Origin: the human T2T-CHM13v2.0 reference genome, Homo sapiens
DNA: 64,000 nucleotides
Reading direction: 5' to 3' (one strand)
NCBI RefSeq assembly: GCF_009914755.1
Contig: NC_060925.1
Of this stretch, positions 13,751-26,354 are shown piece after piece (within the stretch, counting starts at the first letter, position 1; every line of letters begins with the position of its first letter). The translations under genes and the position numbers were made by a program. Below the pieces are notes generated by a model, which did not search any database, was not told the origin of the DNA, and saw nothing but the letters and a program-made list of their open reading frames with translations.

Positions 13751-14070
13751 CAACTGTCCCTCAGGATCCATGAGGGATTGGTTCCAGGACACCCCCAAGC
13801 AGATACCACAATCCTAGGATTCTCAAGTCCCACATATAAAATGGCACAGCATCTGCACATCACCCACGCACATCCACCTGGATCCTTTAAAGCATCTCTA
13901 GATTACTTATAATACTTACTATCATGTAAATGCTAGGTAAATCATTGTTATACTATATTTTTATTTGTATTATTTATATTGTTGCATTATTTTTTTTTTC
14001 TCTGAATATTTTTGGTCCACGGTTGGTTGGATCTGCAGATTCTGAACCCATGGATCCGGAAGGCCAACTG
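13751..14070 (+). mobile_element. MER2 (TcMar-Tigger MITE) nested in an antisense L2 (about 13545-14420)
   Basis: gtccctcaggatccatgagggattggttccaggac…catctctagattacttataatac…ccatggatccggaaggccaactg; degenerate terminal inverted repeats, preceded by TA. Confidence 0.8.
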
Positions 14071-16124
14071 AAATGTGATAGAGAGGGGTGAGAATAATGG
14101 AGTGAGGGCATTGCACAGCTCCTCATAGGAGATACCTGGAATGTATCTCCAGGAATCTGGAGACATCTGAGCACAGATCTGTAGTATAAGAAGCCAGCCA
14201 GGCAAGGTTGGGGCTTGGGAGGGCACTCCAGGTAGACGACATGGCAAGTGCAAAGGTCCTGGGGTGAGAAAGAGCTTGGTGTGATCTGGGAGCTGACAGA
14301 GGGCCATTGCCACCAGAGCACAGTGAATGGGGAGGTCAGCTGACGTTCACTCTCTGTGCCCTAGAAGCTGCTGAAGGGTATGGCATGCTCTGATATGCGG
14401 TTTGTCAAGCTCACCTTAGTTCCTGGGTAGAGAGGGTGGGTTGGAAGTGCCAGGGAACGAAGACAAAGCCGTCCACAGAGGAGCCTGGAATCTGACTTCC
14501 AGGTATAAAGTATTCAATATACCAAGGTGCCGTATTTGAGGTAGCGTGTCCTGAAGCCCCTCCCCATGGAATGTGGCCATCCCAGAGGGCAGCTGTGACT
14601 TCCTTGGAGGTCCGGGTGAATCACAGCGAGGCTTCAACCACTCCTCCCACACACATGCTGTGTCTTCCATTTCCTGAAGCATCCTGAAAGCCACAGGTGG
14701 CGGGGAACAGCTGGGCGGGGCAGGGTGGACCTGGGGGCCATGTAGAGAAAGCCAATGCTGGGCTGCACCTTTTGATGTATGTTTATCAGGAGGGAGACTC
14801 GGGAGAGCTGGAGTAAATGAAAAAAAGAGGCTGAGAATGCAGGGCGCTGGAAGAAATGCCACTTCCTTTATTACTCTGAGGTGCATCGGTTCACATGTAC
14901 ACTCAACAGTGCACAATAAGCGTTGGCTGCATTTGAGGCACATAGCTACGGTGCACAAAAGTGGCTAAAATCAGCCCCTGCCTCTTCGGAGCTTACAGCC
15001 TGTTCCTCTCCCTTCACGCCCGTTGGCCTATAAGCTCCTCCAAGGCTCAGCTATATCTTCTTCATCTCAGTAACCCCAGGACCTACTTGGCATTTAGAAA
15101 GGAACAATAAATATTTGTGGAATGAAAAGAGAGAAAGGGGAGATAAAACACGAGATAAATAGCTAACAATTCAAGTAATAAAGTGATCGCTGTCATAGAG
15201 AAGATTCAGATATAATACAATGATGAATCAGAGATGCAGAGACTGGGGAAATCAGGGTGATGCTGGCATTTGAAGTGGTTCTAGAGGCATCAGTGGGTTT
15301 TAGACAAAGAGGAGCTGGGAGCTGATTCTCTGGTCAGAGGGCCCCATGTGTGCAAAGGCATGGCAAGAGGAAATTGACCAAGTAGTGGCAAGACCACTCC
15401 ATGGGCAGACAATGGCTTCTAAGCGGAAGCTCTCTGGAATCTGTTCAAATGAAAAAAATAAGGGATTGATTTTTAAATAGGCACATTAACTGTTTGGTTC
15501 AAAGAGCAGAGGGGTTTGTTTCCCTTTGAAAAGTTAAATGATCCTTCTACAATCTATTCATGTGGAGACCAAACTCTTTTTTTACAGTTGATACAAAGAA
15601 AAGTGCCATCTGACCCTCGTTGATTTCAAAGTCTGAATTCTCCAGCTCCCTTCTCCCTCTGTATATTTTCATGAAGCATACGTCTTCTTTCTCTAAAATA
15701 TACCTAACAGGTGCTGCTTGCCACATGAAGTGGTCATTCATTTATTGATTCTTTTGACCACTCAGCAAACACACGTTGTTGTTGCCAGGCACTCAGCAAC
15801 AACAAACACAGGCCCTGCCCTTATGAAACTAACTCTCCAAGAATACGCTCAGTTCCTGACCTGCTGGAAACCCGTTCCTCTCTCTCCCACCCAGAGTTCA
15901 TCCAGGAGTGTGAATGAGAGAGAGTGGAATTGTTTATTTTATTGTTTTTAACAGATTATGCCTCTTAGCATTAGAATTGAAAGCCCCTGGCTTTCCACCC
16001 CAAGTGGGAACCTGGTCCCCCTCTCAAAATCAGGGGTGATTTTAGAAGACAGGGTTGCAGGTCTCCTCCCAGCCACTAGGGGGATGCTCAGCAGCCTTCA
16101 GCAGCCTTAAATTTCCCATCAACT

Positions 16125-16255
16125 GGCCAGTGGCTCATGCCTGTAATCTAGCACCTTGGGAGGCTGAGGTGGGAGGATCACTTGAGCTCAGGAGTTCAAA
16201 ACCACACTGGGCAAAATAGTGAGACTTCTTCTCTAGAATAATAAATAAATATAAA
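16125..16255 (+). mobile_element. FLAM / free left Alu monomer
   Basis: Single left arm plus A-rich tail; degenerate TSD aaatttcccatcaactg / aaattacatatcaactg. Confidence 0.8.
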
Positions 16256-16289
16256 ATTACATATCAACTGAGCAACAAGCCACCCACTG

Positions 16290-16485
16290 GTGGTGTCTAT
16301 ACCACAGGCCAGCTCACTGACTGCCTGCATCAGGATCACCTTGGAAGTTGCTTTAAAATACCAATTGCTGAGCTCCACCAAGACAGAATTTGATTCAAGC
16401 CCAGAGCAAGACCTGGGGAACCTGGAATTCATTTGCTAAAAAGTCTTCCAGGTTAAGATATGGGCAGTGAGATTTGGAAAGCCCG
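16290..16485. mobile_element. MER5-type hAT fragment
   Basis: catcaggatcaccttggaagttgctttaaaatac…aaaagtcttccaggt resembles MER5A/B. Confidence 0.5.
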
Positions 16486-17322
16486 CTTCACACAATCCCA
16501 TCCACCTGCTCGGATGTGCACACTGGGGTCAAAGAATTCAATGGCCGGCACCAAGGCATAGATAATTCTAATTGTTGCTGGTCCCTATCTGCCAACAAGT
16601 GGTTATTCTAAGGCCCCTAAAGCCAGACCACTTTTAATTGAAGATGATGAAATAGCCAGGCCAGCCAGTGACCTAAGAGTCCATTCCCTGAGGCCAGAGT
16701 GAACTCACAGGCACCAGCCAGCCCTGGAGCTTGAGCTGCCCGCATACCTGGGCTGCCAGTCATTAGCAAAGCAATAATAGCTGGCATGTGTGGTGCACTC
16801 ATTGGCCAGACCCTGGGCTAAACTCCTCAGGAAGTGAGGCCTTGCCTGCAGGCCAAAGGGAAGGCCAGGAGCAAGATGCTCTTTCTGTAGCTCCCTGGCC
16901 ATGACACTCTCCCCAGAGATAGAGTGTGCGCATGCTTTCCAGCTAGAAGTTCCACTGGACCCAATCCCAGGCCTCCTACCCCCAGAGCTCTAATTAGGAA
17001 AGGGGGGCCCCCCTTTGTCAGGTCCCAGAGCAACGCTCCGCTCAGACTGCAGGAATCTGCTCTCAGCCTTCCTCCCTGGTTCTCATCTCTCTGACTAGGA
17101 CCCTCCCTTCTTCATCTCTGGGTCCTCCATGCTCAGCCCAGCTCCTGGGATAGATGCCCAGGGCCTCCGTAAAGATTTGTCGAATCAATGGGCTGAAGGG
17201 TTGTATTCCAATGTGGAATTATCATTTCAAACAGTTAGCAAAACTCTTTCCCAACCCATCATCTGGTTTAACCTGTGGAGCACAGATCTCAGACTCATTG
17301 AATCCTGTTATTCAGATGCTGA

Positions 17323-17814
<492 letters not shown>

Positions 17815-20179
17815 CCAACAAACAGTAATTGATGCCCACCCTGTGCCAGGTCACTTAGTAGGGGAGACTGACACGTGAGCTTGTCTCTCCACCCCTACAC
17901 ACATGTGCGTGTGTACACAGAGGATCTACCCAGGATGCTTGGTCCCTCCAAGTAGAAAGTTGCCAGGATCAGTCATCACCTTAAAAAGAGCCACAGCTTG
18001 GCAGTCCCAGGCCCCTGGATGCCACAGCCAGGGAGAGCAAGTGATGCCTACTCTTGGCTCTGGGAGAGGGACCTGGGAAGCCAGTGCCCTGCATTTTCTC
18101 TGCTCTCTTGGCTGGTAGCATCAATTCCATTGACTAGAGGAGAAATCTGTTTAACCTAATGTGTTTCAGATGCTCCGCCTCAGTCCCCATGGAGCTGGGC
18201 ACACTCCCCTGCTCCCCATCTTCCCCTGCCCCTGCCACCTTCTCACTGCCTCCCCCATACCGGCATTGACCTCTCAGGTTCCCACTTCTTCTCTCCTTCT
18301 CCAGGGGCTGCCTGGCCTTCTCTGCCTTTTCAAAGCCCAGTGGTGCTCCAGGCCCAGCTCCAATGCTCAGCTTGACGCAGCAGCCCTCCCCAACCCTCTC
18401 CCCAGTGGCAGAATTGAACCTGCCTGCTGTGCCCAGGGAGCGCCCCATGCATTCCACTTTAGCCTTCTCCTGCTGGCTCCCACCTGTCCACTCGCATGTC
18501 TACTGTCTCCACCAAGGCCATGAGCAGCCCAGACAGGGCAGGGCTGATTCTTCTCCATGGCTCCTACCTCATGCATAGGAGCAAGCTCCACAGAGGACCG
18601 GCACCATCTCCCTAACTCTCTCCACCTCCTGTTACTGAAGGTGGACACTCTTCTCCTCTTGTTCCTTGACTTTCAGTCTTTGATTTTCCTTTTTAGAATG
18701 ATATTCTTCTCTTCTTTCTCTCCCCCCTTTCCAAGAGCCCACTTCCTATTGCGGTGCCCTTTTCCTGCCATCCTGTGCACACAGGCTTGCACGGTGTTTT
18801 CATTCCCTCTCTCCCCATGCATTCTTGCATCTCTTGGCTAGGAGTCCCTCTGTGGTCCTCAAATCTCCCCTGCAACACAGACTCCAGATCTTGATGCCCC
18901 AGAGGCCCCTGGAACTTCAAGGAGGCTCCCGTTTCCAATTTAGAAGGAGGGTCAGGGGTATTTCTCCTTGGTTGGGTCTTGGGTTAGTGAAGACATTTGA
19001 GGCAGGGAATTGAGATGATCCCTGTTGCATCCACAGCTGCCACTGAGTTCTCTACCTACCTTCCCCCACTCTCTATTTGACCTTGGACCCACAAGGAGGC
19101 CACTGGAACTCCCAGAACACACCCTTCTGACACCAGCCTAGCTCCCCAGGGAGGGAAGCACTTGCAAAGCTGTCTGCTGCCCTCTGGTGATGCACTAGGG
19201 TATGGCAACTTGGGGGCTGGGGGTCGGATTTGGTGGGGGGCGTCTTGCCTGGGGCCCCCAACCACCAAGGATGGGTCTTGTTTCTCAAGGCTAGGGACCC
19301 TCCCTTATTCATCTCTAGGTTCTCAGTGCCCAGCAACGGGTCTCAGGAAAGGCTCGTTAAATTAATGGGCTGTCAGGTTATCCAAATATGGAATTATGAT
19401 TTCAGCAAAACTCTTCCCCACCCATTGTTTGATCAAACCCTAGCAACCATCCTGTGCAGTGCAGATCTCAGACTCTATTTAGGGGGCTCAGGTGCAGCCC
19501 AGAGAAGAGAAGCGACTTGCACAAGAGCTGAGAGCTCCCCGTTAAGGCAGAATTTTCCTCCCCCGGCAGCCTCCCCAGCTGAGGAGGCTGAGCCCTATGC
19601 TCATGGAATAGGGTGGGGGCACTGGGGTCACCTGTTCCCACCTCTGGGTAGTGGCTTGCCTTGATCAGGGGCCTTCCAGAGACAGCATCTTCACCCAGAA
19701 TCAGCCATCAGGAATTGTAGCCCAGTGCCAGGAAGCACCCTGGGGGGAGTAATGGGAAGTTAGTTCCGATGTTGAATGCACTTTGACATGTTTCAAGCAC
19801 CTCAAGTAAGGGCTTGACTTAATTATTCATTCGTCCTTTTAGAAGTGTTTGTTTATTAACTGTAGACATCGGGAGACAGAGATGAGCAGGACAGGTAAGT
19901 TCTCTGTCCCCATGGAGCTGACATTCCCAGGGCTATGCTAGCAACACAGAGAGAGGTGGGGAGGCAGTGGGGCTCTGCCAGGAAGAGGTTGGATATGGTC
20001 AGCAAGGGTGAGGGACACAGGCATCCATGTATTAAATCATCCAATCTGCAGGTGAGTTTGAGGACCACTGTTATAGAACATCCTTGGTCATTAGAGAGAA
20101 CTTGAATTGTATTCTTAGAGTGATGAGGAGTCATTGAAATTGACCTCGGTTTGAGTTTTACACTGCCAAATGATGAAGC

Positions 20180-20560
20180 AGGGAGATTGGGGTGGGGTGT
20201 GATGGGGCTGGACAGGCGGAGGTGGAGAGAAGAAATGGGGATGAATTAGGAAGCAGACCTGGCAGCACTCGCTGATGGGCTGGAAGGGGGACACCAGAAA
20301 GTGAGAGAGAAGTTAAACGTGGCCCCTAGGGCCATAGCCATTGCATTTGGGAGGAGAGGGGCTCCTTCCTGAGAAGAGGTGACTGATGAAGACTTGCTCT
20401 GGCTGAGGGTGTAGGACAGAACTCACGAGTTGTTTGAATCAGATTAGACATGTCTGTTAGATGCCTGAGCACAGCCAGCAAGTAGGTTGGTGGAAACACA
20501 GGGCGGGGGAGAAGTTGTGACCACAGATACAAATATGGGAGCCACCAACACACGGATGCC
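20180..20560 (-). mobile_element. L2 LINE fragment
   Basis: gagttgtttgaatcagattagacatgtctgttagatgcct…cacagatacaaatatgggagcc resembles the L2 3' region. Confidence 0.6.
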
Positions 20561-20870
20561 ACTTAAAGCCACCATCCCCTCCAGACTCGGGACAGATCTG
20601 CTGGCAGCCTTCAGACATCACCCAGGCCAATCCTCTCATTCTCCACCTGAGAAACCAAGGCCCAGAGACTGTGGATGACTTCCGTAAGGTCACACAGCAA
20701 GCCAGCCGCAGAATCAAAAGTCAACTTCTGACTCCTAAAGGAGAACTGTTTCCATTCCACAGTGCTCAATGCAGCTTCCCCCTGACCTGCAGCCTGCTGG
20801 GCAGAATTGCTGATATGGCAAATCATTTCTATGTCTGCAGTCAGGAAACCAGAGCTGTTGGAAATTATCT

Positions 20871-20920
20871 ACACACACACATACACACACACACACACAC
20901 ACATACACACACACACACAC
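20871..20920. repeat. (CA)n microsatellite with two TA interruptions
   Basis: Directly visible. Confidence 0.97.
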
Positions 20921-21355
20921 ATTATCCTTTTCCTTCTTCTAAGTAAAAAATCAGTAACCAGGCTGTCAGCTTTATTACTAATTATGCAAGTGCTTTATTG
21001 CTGGTATTTAAAAAAATTGAAGGCTAAAAATGTCCAGGAAAGACCCAATTTAGTAAACAGTTCAGAATAAAGTATTTGTTGCCGTGGTATTTCTTCACAT
21101 TAGAATTTGCTCCAGGTGCTTCAAACCTTCTTTAATATATTATGGCAATCTAATAAAATTCCCAGTTCTGGGAGAATCTTTGCCTTGGAAGATAACTGTG
21201 TTTCAGGGAGTGAGGGTTAGGTGGAATTGAGGATGATCGGGAAGGTCTGGTGAGCCTGAAGTTCCTGGGAAAGTAAGGCTGAGAGAGGGCAGAAGATGAG
21301 TGGTTAAGAGACTTGCCTGAGGTCACAGTAAGCACTCAATAAGAGATAGGGAAGG

Positions 21356-21798
21356 GGATGGATGGATGGATGGATGGATGAATGGATAATGGATGGATGG
21401 ACGATGGATGAATCGATGGATGGATGCATGGATGGTGGATGGGTGGATGGATGAATGGATAGATGGATGGATGCATGGATAGATAATGGATGGATGGATG
21501 ATGGATGGATGGATGCATGGATAGATGGATAGATGCATGGACGGATGGATGGATGCATGGATGGATGGATGGATAATGGATGGATGATGGATGGATAGAT
21601 GGATGGATTATGGATGGATGGATGCATGCATGCATGGATGACAGATGGATGGATGGATGGATGATGGATGGATGGATGGATGGATGAATGGATGGATGGA
21701 TTATGAATGGATGGATGGATGATGGATGGATGGATGGATGGATGGATGGATTATGGATGGATGGATGGATGATGGATAGATGGATGGATGGATGGATG
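21356..21798. repeat. (GGAT)n tetranucleotide array, ~440 bp, with GCAT/AGAT/GAAT variants
   Basis: Directly visible; follows an L2 3'-end motif (cacagtaagcactcaataa). Confidence 0.97.
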
Positions 21799-22194
21799 AG
21801 CTTCCAGATGAATCATCAGGTTTTTGCAGACCTAAATCTTAGTCAAGGAAAAGAAGTCATCTAAAACTTGCCATTGATAGAAATGACAGAAATAAAAGTT
21901 GGTGGACCATTGGGCCATTTGTACAAAATATGTACCATTGCCTCTATTTGCAAATAACAGACTTCAACTGAGATAATGAAGCAACACTGCACAAAGCTGC
22001 AGGGCAGGGAAGCCGTCCTCATTTTACAGAAAGGAAGGAGATGATCGGACACATTGAGTAACTTGCTTGAGGTCACATATCCCAGTAGCGATGGAGCTAA
22101 GACAGGGGCCAGCCTTCCTCATGTCCAGCTAAGAGCTATAGTTTTCTTTCCAGCTCACAACTTAGGTCCTTTCTCTGTGCATCATGGCTTCTTG

Positions 22195-22790
22195 CCACCT
22201 GAGTTTCTTCTACACCCACCCAGCAGCCAGAGTGAGCTTTCTAAAGTGAAATCAGGTCACCTGCTGCTTGAAGCCCTCCATGGGCTTCCCACTCACTTGG
22301 GATAGAACCCAGTCTCCCATCAGGCCTAGGATACCCTGTATGCTCGGCCCCATCCACCTGGCCAGCCTCATCTCCTACCCTCTCCCTCTTCAGCTTCCTA
22401 AACATCAGCTTCCGGACACCTTGGCCTTCTCGCCAAGCTTGTTCTTACCTCAGGACATTTACTCATGCTTTTTCTCTGCCAGATACATTCTTCTTCTACC
22501 CTGGTGTCAGATCAAATGTCCCTCTGCAGAGATGCTTTCCCTGACTGCCTCACCTCCACCCAGAATTTCCCACCCCTGTGTCCCATCATTCTTAACCCAT
22601 TGATCCGATTTGTTTGCTTGTTTTTTAAAGCATTGATTACTACCCAGTAAGACTCATTTATTTATCTGAATATACATTTTCCTTTTTCCCTCTCATATCA
22701 AGCACCCCGAGGATAAAGACTTGGTCCCCCTGCCCCTCCTCTGTCCCCCTAGCTTTCAGAATGGCACCAGGCAGCCCCTCCCTAGTCAGG
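22195..22790 (+). mobile_element. L2 LINE 3' fragment
   Basis: cagcagccagagtgagctttctaaagtgaaatcaggtcac…ccctccatgggcttcccactcac…ctcaggacatttactcatgct. Confidence 0.7.
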
Positions 22791-23267
22791 GGCCAATGTA
22801 GATTTCATATACGGATAAGCGAATTCCTGATCAGAGGGCCTGGCTGTTGGGCCATCAGCTGGCATTGAGCAGAGAGGCCTGGGTTCTAGTCCTGATCCTG
22901 TGACAGAGCCATAGGGTGAGCTGGCCAGTCACACAATGTGTCTGAGCCTCAGTTTCCTTTTTGTCCAATGCACAAATGTGTTTGTGCTGGATGATGGGAA
23001 GCCCCCTCAGCTTCACTTATCGGCCCCTTCCTCGGTGCACGATTGAGAGAAACAGGCAATAGACCAGGCCCCAGGGTGACCAGGCTCCAGGCACAGCCAG
23101 GACTGGGGCTGAAAACCTGCCACCTTCCAGGAACCCAGTCAGCCGATTGGTTCTGCGTATTCGCATTTGGATTCTCAGGGGAGTGGCCTGCCCTCTCAAT
23201 GGCAATTTCCTTGTGAGCTGGGCTGACACTCCTAATTATTATTTGGAGAGGTTTGGGGAGGCTCAGT

Positions 23268-23277
23268 TAATTGATTA
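23268..23277. promoter_or_regulatory. Candidate paired-type homeodomain dimer (P2, PAX3/PAX7-type) site TAATTGATTA
   Basis: Exact motif within a repeat-free island; motif match only. Confidence 0.35.
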
Positions 23278-23519
23278 CATATTTCCTTCCTTGACAGGGC
23301 ATTTGTTTGGCCATGTCTTGTTTTTTTTTTCCCCTGCTTGGTTAATGTTCCTGGGCATGTTGAGTATTTTGTGGGGACCATGGGACTAAGTCCAGTCATA
23401 ACTCTCCCTCCTCCTCCCCAACCCTGCCAGGGGCTTTCGAACACTTTAATTTAACTTCCCTGGACCTCTGCTTCCCCCATGGGAGCGATGATATAGCAAG
23501 AGCCCTGAGATCTGAGGAC

Positions 23520-23750
23520 TAATAATAACAGTGCTCACAGTAATGTTTATCAAGTTCCTAGCATATGCCCTGCTCTGCTCTAAGAACTTTACACACATCG
23601 ACTCATCTATCCTCACAATGTTACAACGAAGCAGGTCCTGTTATGATTTCTATTTGTAGATGAAAAGATGGAGCTCAGAGAGGTTAAGTGACTTGCCCAA
23701 GGTCACACAGCAGGCAAGCAGCTGAGCCGGGATTCAAACCCGCCTGCTGG
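23520..23750 (-). mobile_element. MIR SINE, near full length
   Basis: tagatgaaaagatggagctcagagaggttaagtgacttgcccaaggtcacacagc…gggattcaaaccc. Confidence 0.85.
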
Positions 23751-25454
23751 GTGAAAACTCAGCAACAGGGCACAGGCTGTCCATCGCTGCCCTGTGAGTG
23801 CTCCAGCAGGCTTGGGAAAAGGGGATGCGCAATCCCCATCACCCTTGGCCACGTGCGGGCAGACAGGCAGCTGTGGTCGGCCTCTGCCGGGAGCTATCAG
23901 TGGTGACACTGGGCAGGACTCAGAGCTTCAGCTCCTTCATTGGTAAAAGGAATCACAATTCTGACTCCTAAGCTGCGGTGAGGGCTGTAGTGGTTCTCAT
24001 CTTCAGGGTGCCTAAGCCAGCATCTCGTGCACAGTCCATGAAGTAAAGGAGGGCTCGACCCCAGGCCCTTGCTCATGCTGTGCTTCAGAACTTACATGCT
24101 TATTCTCCTGGATGGAACAATTGTCACATCATAAAATGCAATCGTCATCTTAAGGAGAAAAGGTCATCGCATCATAGATGACCCTCCCAACGGCCCCTAA
24201 AGGGACACCCTGCTCCCTTGGGTGACCTCATGAGCCTCTCTCTTCCATGGTTTGGTGAATGTCCCCCTCCTCCTACTAGTCTGTGGCTCCTGGAGGGAGG
24301 GGCCATGTCCACATCTCCCTCATCACCACCAAACGCTCACCCCGGTTCCCACAGAGCTCAGCACAAAGAGGTGAGGAGGGAACAGAAGAATTAACGGGGG
24401 ATCTGGCCTCTCCCTCTGCTTCTAGGGGACCGCTTCTTGGCTCCTCTCCCTGGCCAGCCTTTCCAAGTGCAGCCCATGCCCTATCCACCTTCTGGCCTTG
24501 AGACATCACTGGACATCCTGTTCATTTCTTCATTCAGCAAACACGTAGTGAGCACCTCTGATGCACCAGAGGCCAAGTGCGGCGGGATGATTGGGTCATA
24601 GAAAAAGCCAGAGCCCCTCCACACACACACACAAAGAGTTTAGGTTTGCAGAGCACCTGTACGGTTTAAATATCTTACATGGATTCTCTCTTTGAGCTCC
24701 ACAACACCCCTTGAGGCAGCTCATGCCCCATGTCCCATTTTTATAGATTAAAAAACTGAGGCCCAGACAGACATGTAATGAGGCAGTTATAGTACAGTGT
24801 GCAAGCTCCAGAATGGGCTGTGGGAGCCAAGGATATGTGTGTTCCATGCCCGGGCTTCCTCCACTTCTGACCTCCCCCAGGAGACTCAGACATGCAGCAG
24901 GAGCCCCCTTTTCTGGCTTGACCTGAGTGTGGTGGGAAGGCAGGAGGATGGCCTTGATGACCTGTGAGACCTGTGGGCCCAGCAGAGCCTGAGTCCATGC
25001 CCAGGACCTATGCAGCCTGCAGAAGAGACCCTGGATTTCAAGGCGGGCATCAGGCTAGATCAGGGCAGTGGGGCCTGGCAAGCCCAGGCCAGGGCACTCA
25101 CAGGTGCAGCCTGGAGCTGCTGGGAAGTGGGAGCCACTTGGCACCTGGTGGCACCAGGTCCCCATACTCATATTGCTACCTCCAAGGAGGGGATGCAGCT
25201 CTGCCTCAGAGCTCCACCAGCTGGGTGAGAGCCCCCTCACTGCATACCCCCATACTCCCCGCCCCCAGCTTGCCCCGAGCAGAGCCACTGAGAAACAGGA
25301 GGAGGTAGCTGTAGGGAGTTTGTCTGTGGGCCTGATGCCCTCAAAGGGCTTCCAAGTGGAAATGCTACTGTCATTGCCCTTTGGGGAATGAAAGGAAATA
25401 TAAAGGCATATTTCATCTCTGTAGCCACCCTAGGGGCAATGATGCCACTGTTTG

Positions 25455-25680
25455 CTAATAATAACACACACTCGGGTCTAGGGCTTACTGTGTGCCAAGC
25501 CAAGTGCACTTACATGTGAGAACTCAGCCATGGAGGGGATGCCACTGTTAACCCCATTTCACAGATGAGAAACCTGAGGCATCAAAAGCTTCAATGCCCT
25601 CCCCTAGGTTAGGCACCTGGCAAGGGGCAGAGCCAGGATTTGAACCCAGGCAGTCAGGTTAGGGTACTGGCCCTTCTCCA
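25455..25680 (-). mobile_element. MIR SINE
   Basis: ccccatttcacagatgagaaacctgaggc…ggcagagccaggatttgaacccaggcagtc. Confidence 0.8.
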
Positions 25681-26354
25681 CTAGACCACACCCCCTCCTT
25701 TCCCCATTGGCGTGGAAGTTCATTTCAGAAGAACCCCACATCTGTCCCTTTGACAATGTGGGCCTCTCTGAGCCCCTGCACTGCACTTTCCATGACAGGG
25801 AGCCCAGTCCTCTGCACCCTGGGTGACCCTTCTCTCCACCGCCTCTAGCCGCTGCTGAGGGCCGGCCTCCTTTTGCCTCTGCCCTCTGCCAGTGTGGGAG
25901 GCAGCAGTCAGCAGGGAGGTGCTGCGGTCTGACAGAGGAAATACCAGGGTGCCCTGGGAGGGCTGGAGCTGCTGGAAACGGAGCAGGACCGGCAGAGTGA
26001 GCTGATTAGGAGAGGCTAGCAGGGGAGGGAGAGACAGTTTGGACTGAGTCTCCACACCATTAGCTCTCCTGCTCTGTTTCTCCCCCACCTACCCAGACTG
26101 TGATGCCAGCCGACGAGGCCCTGGGGGGTGCATGGAGGCCCTGCCAGCTGCTCTAGCTGCTGATGGGCCAAGGGGGCTCTGGACTTGTCATAAGCTCCCT
26201 TTACACACCACTAAAGATCCCCAGTCCCGCCTGTGGCTGCATGTGCCTCCTCCTTTGCTCAACACCCCGCCATCCCCAGCCTCAAGAAGGCTGACAGAAC
26301 CAACAGATGCCTTGGTGAGGCCTTCCAGGCTCTCTACTGTGGAATCCCTACCAA

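Noticed and set aside
20030-20060. CAG|GTGAGT as a possible recursive splice site
   Set aside because: The upstream polypyrimidine tract is poor, and such motifs are expected by chance in 43 kb.
21304-21635. HPSI-repeat ORFs (also 31682-32170)
   Set aside because: Translations of (ATCC)n arrays.
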